The notes under the pieces are model-generated. The model was given only the letters and a program-made list of their open reading frames with translations. It was not told where the DNA came from and searched no databases. A DNA stretch of 56,507 bases, the filler included, from Malassezia furfur (lineage: Eukaryota): NCBI GenBank assembly GCA_052055015.1. It is 3 parts of 3 records of this genome, joined end to end, with 100 filler letters (N's around TTAATTAATTAA, not from the genome) between each part and the next. Parts side by side here need not be neighbours in the genome. Positions count along the whole stretch, not along the records: positions 37,757 to 56,507 come from JBQJIT010000202.1; 2 more parts are not named here. One strand, written 5' to 3'. The translations under genes were made by a program, and so were the position numbers. Numbering within the stretch: the first letter of the stretch is position 1; every line of letters starts with the position of its first letter. Positions 53,812-56,507 of this stretch are shown in pieces.

Positions 53812-54960
53812 ATGGGCGAGGAGGTTGTGGGGGCGCGTGCACTGTACGTGCCGCTCGCCGACACGCTGCGGGCGTGGGAGGCCGCACATCCGCCGCCGCG
53901 CCGCTTCCTGGATGCACTCGCACTCGTGCCCACGCTCGTCGATGGCGCCGAGCGCGGCGCGCTCTTCAAAAACGCGCGCGAGCCGAAATGCCTCCAGGTG
54001 CCCGTGCACGCATGGCTCGCACAGCGGCTGGTGCTTGCATACGTGTGCCATGCCCCGTACGTGCGCCAGGCGCGCGTGCCTCCGCCCGAGATGCAGCCGT
54101 TCCGCGCGGCCGTCGAGCAGGTCTACACGTGGATGCAGCGACGCGACGAGCCGAGCGGCGCGCCGCGCTGGTTCGCGATGTACACCGAGTCAGCCGTGCA
54201 CGACGTCCAAGACACATTATACCACTTACTGGGTGCGCCGCGGTCAGTCGAAGACGTCGGCCATGTCGTGCCTGCGCAGGTGTGCCAGCTGCCCATCTGC
54301 CCGCACCAGACACTCCCGCAGCAGCTCGAAGTGGACCGGGCCGTGCACGCACTGCAGCGCGCGGCATCCACGGCGCTGGGCGTGCCCGAGCAGCGCTTCT
54401 TGCTCGCGTACCTTCAGCGCGCAGCGACGCACGACGCGGATGCGTGCATCCTCCTTGCGCACACGTTTGGGTACACCGACGTCGCGCGCGTCGCCGTGCA
54501 CAACCCGCACGTTGCGTACGAGTGGGTGGTGTGCTCGTGTGCCCACACTGCGCTCCCGCCCACTTTCTGGGAGGAGCTGGGCACTGCATGCGCAGAACAC
54601 GCGCAGAACCACCTGGCCGCGCAACGGCACATTCACGAGCTGCTCGCGCACCTATGCATGCCGACGTCACCTGCGGACGTGCGTGTCGCGGTTCAGACGC
54701 ACACGCTGCCGCGCTACCTAGGACTACGTGCACAGCACCTCGCCGCCGTGCCCGACGCGGCAACCGAGGAGTTGGGCATCTACGTGGCGCAGCTCGTGGA
54801 GCGCGACCTGCTCCCCATCCACGCAAGCCAGCGCACGTGGGATGTTCCGCAGCCAGAGGACGCGCTCGACGCGCTCGCCGTCGAGCTGCGCAGCATGGCG
54901 CTCGCGTACTCCAAGTACGCGTTTGGCGCGCAGCTCTTTCACACCTTGGTCCGTGCATAG
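53812..54960 (+). CDS. CNOT11-like protein, copy 2
   Basis: Counterpart of 1557-2705. Confidence 0.6.
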   Translation: MGEEVVGARALYVPLADTLRAWEAAHPPPRRFLDALALVPTLVDGAERGALFKNAREPKCLQVPVHAWLAQRLVLAYVCHAPYVRQARVPPPEMQPFRAAVEQVYTWMQRRDEPSGAPRWFAMYTESAVHDVQDTLYHLLGAPRSVEDVGHVVPAQVCQLPICPHQTLPQQLEVDRAVHALQRAASTALGVPEQRFLLAYLQRAATHDADACILLAHTFGYTDVARVAVHNPHVAYEWVVCSCAHTALPPTFWEELGTACAEHAQNHLAAQRHIHELLAHLCMPTSPADVRVAVQTHTLPRYLGLRAQHLAAVPDAATEELGIYVAQLVERDLLPIHASQRTWDVPQPEDALDALAVELRSMALAYSKYAFGAQLFHTLVRA

Positions 54961-54975
54961 TCACGTGAAACCACC

Positions 54976-56507
54976 ATGGCCGCGGCGTTCGCGTCGGCGC
55001 GCGCACTGCTCCTGCTGCAGGTCGGCGTGCGGCTCGTGACGTTTGTGCTGAACCAGCTGCTCGTGCGCACCACGACGCCGGCCGTGTTCGGCGCGGCGAA
55101 CGTGCAACTCGAGCTCGTGCTGAGCGTCGTTCTCGCGCTCGCCCGCGACGGCGTCCGCGCGACGGTGATGCGCCGGCGCGACCAGCTGCGCAGCGTGCAT
55201 AACCTCGCGCTGCTCCCCGTCGTGCTGGGCGGCATCGCATCGGTCGTTGTGGGGTATGTGTACATGCGCCACCTCGCTCCCGACGCGCTGCTCGTGCATG
55301 GCGCCGCGCTGCAGAGCAGCGTCGCACTGTACTGCCTTGGCGCAATGCTCGAGCTGCTCAGCGAGCCGCTGCACACGTACGCTCTCGCGCTTGACGGATA
55401 CCTGCGCCTGCGCGTCGCAATGGAGGCAAGTGCCGTGCTCGTGCGGGCGGGCGTCGCCGTCGTGCTATTGCAGCCACGCGGCGTGGCTTGGATCGCAGCG
55501 CTGTATACCCCTACGTCGGGCGCGCCGCTCGCGCCCGAAGCGTGTGCGCTGCTCGCCTTTGCGCTGAGCCGGGCTGCGTATGGCGCGACGCTGCTCGTTG
55601 TGGCCTTCGTGGGGGTCGCACGCCTCGCGTCTACGCGACAAGCGGTCGCGACGCTGCTGCCCGCGCGCGATGCGCCGCTCGACGCCGAGACGCGCGAACT
55701 AGTCGTGGTGACGAGCGTGCAGGCGGCGCTCAAGTTTGTGTTGACCGAGGGCGACAAGCTGGCGGTCGCGCGCCTCACGACGCTCGAAGAGCAGGGCGGC
55801 TATGCGCTCGCGAGCAACTATGGCTCGCTGCTCGCACGCACCGTGTTCCAGCCCATCGAGGAAAGCGCGCGCTTGGCGTTTTCTGAGGCGCTCGGCGAGG
55901 TGCACAGCACCAAGCCGGATGCCGAGCGTGGCGCGCGCACGAGCGGCGCATGGCTACGTGTATTGCTGCGCGCACATATGCTGCTCGGCGCGGCGCTCGT
56001 CGCGTTTGCGCCGCCGCTCGCACAGCCATTCCTGATGGTGGTGGCAGGCCCGCGGTGGGCGACGCCGCCGTCGCATGCGGCCGCGATCCTCGGGAGCTAC
56101 TGCTACTATCTGCCGGTGATGGGCGTGAATGGGGTGGTCGAGGCGTTTCTGCAGTCTACGGCGCCGCCCGCGACGCTCGCTTCCTACTCGCGCGTGCTGG
56201 TGGGTGCGAGCGCGACGTTTGTTGCGGTGCTCGCCGCGGGCCGCGCCGTGTTCCCCGCGCTGGGGTGCGATGCCAACACGGTGCTCGTGTGGGCGAACGT
56301 TGCCGGCCTTGCGGTGCGCGTGGGTGTGTGTCTGCGGTACATGGCAAGTGCGTACGCAGCGTGGCCGCAGGTGCCTGCGCCGCGCCTTGTTGCGTCGCTG
56401 CCGTCGCGCGCCGTGTTGGGCGCGCTGCTGGTTAGCGGCGTGGCGCTGCGCTGGCAGACGCGCCCGCTCGGTCCGCCGGGCACGTGGTGGGCGCCGGATG
56501 CGCCGCT
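54976..56507 (+). CDS. RFT1: Rft1, copy 2 (runs off the window)
   Basis: MAAAFASARALLLLQVGVRLVTFVLNQ.. and LTEGDK..QGGYALASNYGSLLAR. Confidence 0.9.
   Translation, partial: MAAAFASARALLLLQVGVRLVTFVLNQLLVRTTTPAVFGAANVQLELVLSVVLALARDGVRATVMRRRDQLRSVHNLALLPVVLGGIASVVVGYVYMRHLAPDALLVHGAALQSSVALYCLGAMLELLSEPLHTYALALDGYLRLRVAMEASAVLVRAGVAVVLLQPRGVAWIAALYTPTSGAPLAPEACALLAFALSRAAYGATLLVVAFVGVARLASTRQAVATLLPARDAPLDAETRELVVVTSVQAALKFVLTEGDKLAVARLTTLEEQGGYALASNYGSLLARTVFQPIEESARLAFSEALGEVHSTKPDAERGARTSGAWLRVLLRAHMLLGAALVAFAPPLAQPFLMVVAGPRWATPPSHAAAILGSYCYYLPVMGVNGVVEAFLQSTAPPATLASYSRVLVGASATFVAVLAAGRAVFPALGCDANTVLVWANVAGLAVRVGVCLRYMASAYAAWPQVPAPRLVASLPSRAVLGALLVSGVALRWQTRPLGPPGTWWAPDAP

Larger units (their letters stand above)
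37757..56507 (-). repeat. Contig C: diverged reverse-complement copy of contig A (positions 10-18788)
   Basis: Collinear over its whole length; the window end corresponds to position 10 of contig A. Confidence 0.97.

Noticed and set aside
1..56507. Giant inverted repeat flanking a central 18.8 kb segment (composite transposon, palindrome or invertible locus)
   Set aside because: The arms are separate contigs joined by synthetic linkers; their order and orientation are arbitrary, and no transposase or recombinase is present.

Overview
GC-rich, very gene-dense basidiomycete yeast DNA, most consistent with Malassezia (M. furfur-like; the taxon is an inference). The window is three contigs joined by artificial 100-nt linkers (N44-TTAATTAATTAA-N44). 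Contig A (1-18788, 13 genes) carries RFT1, a CNOT11-like gene, a VOC/glyoxalase gene, MID1, HOG1, SYP1-like, RCF1, a VHS-GAT gene, a Ran1/Sks1-like kinase, GPI12, OPI3, RPN9 and ALO1. Contig B (18889-37656, 9 genes) carries an arrestin-like fragment, eIF4G, SPT7, EFG1, AsnRS, a PRB1-like protease, a PKA catalytic subunit, frataxin and SPA2. Contig C (37757-56507) is a diverged, fully collinear reverse-complement copy of A, most likely the second subgenome of a hybrid. The ORF track hides most gene structures because the genes are split by ultra-short spliceosomal introns: I reconstructed 27 intron positions, of which 26 are 22-30 nt, eight are exactly 22 nt, and none is shorter. Other notable signals are intergenic gaps as short as 1-90 nt, CACGTG boxes in many start-proximal spacers, stopless 3n introns, a divergent CNOT11-like protein and a Q-rich Spa2. 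I found no tRNA, rRNA, CRISPR array or mobile element. All identifications come from motif recognition by eye; no database search was run.
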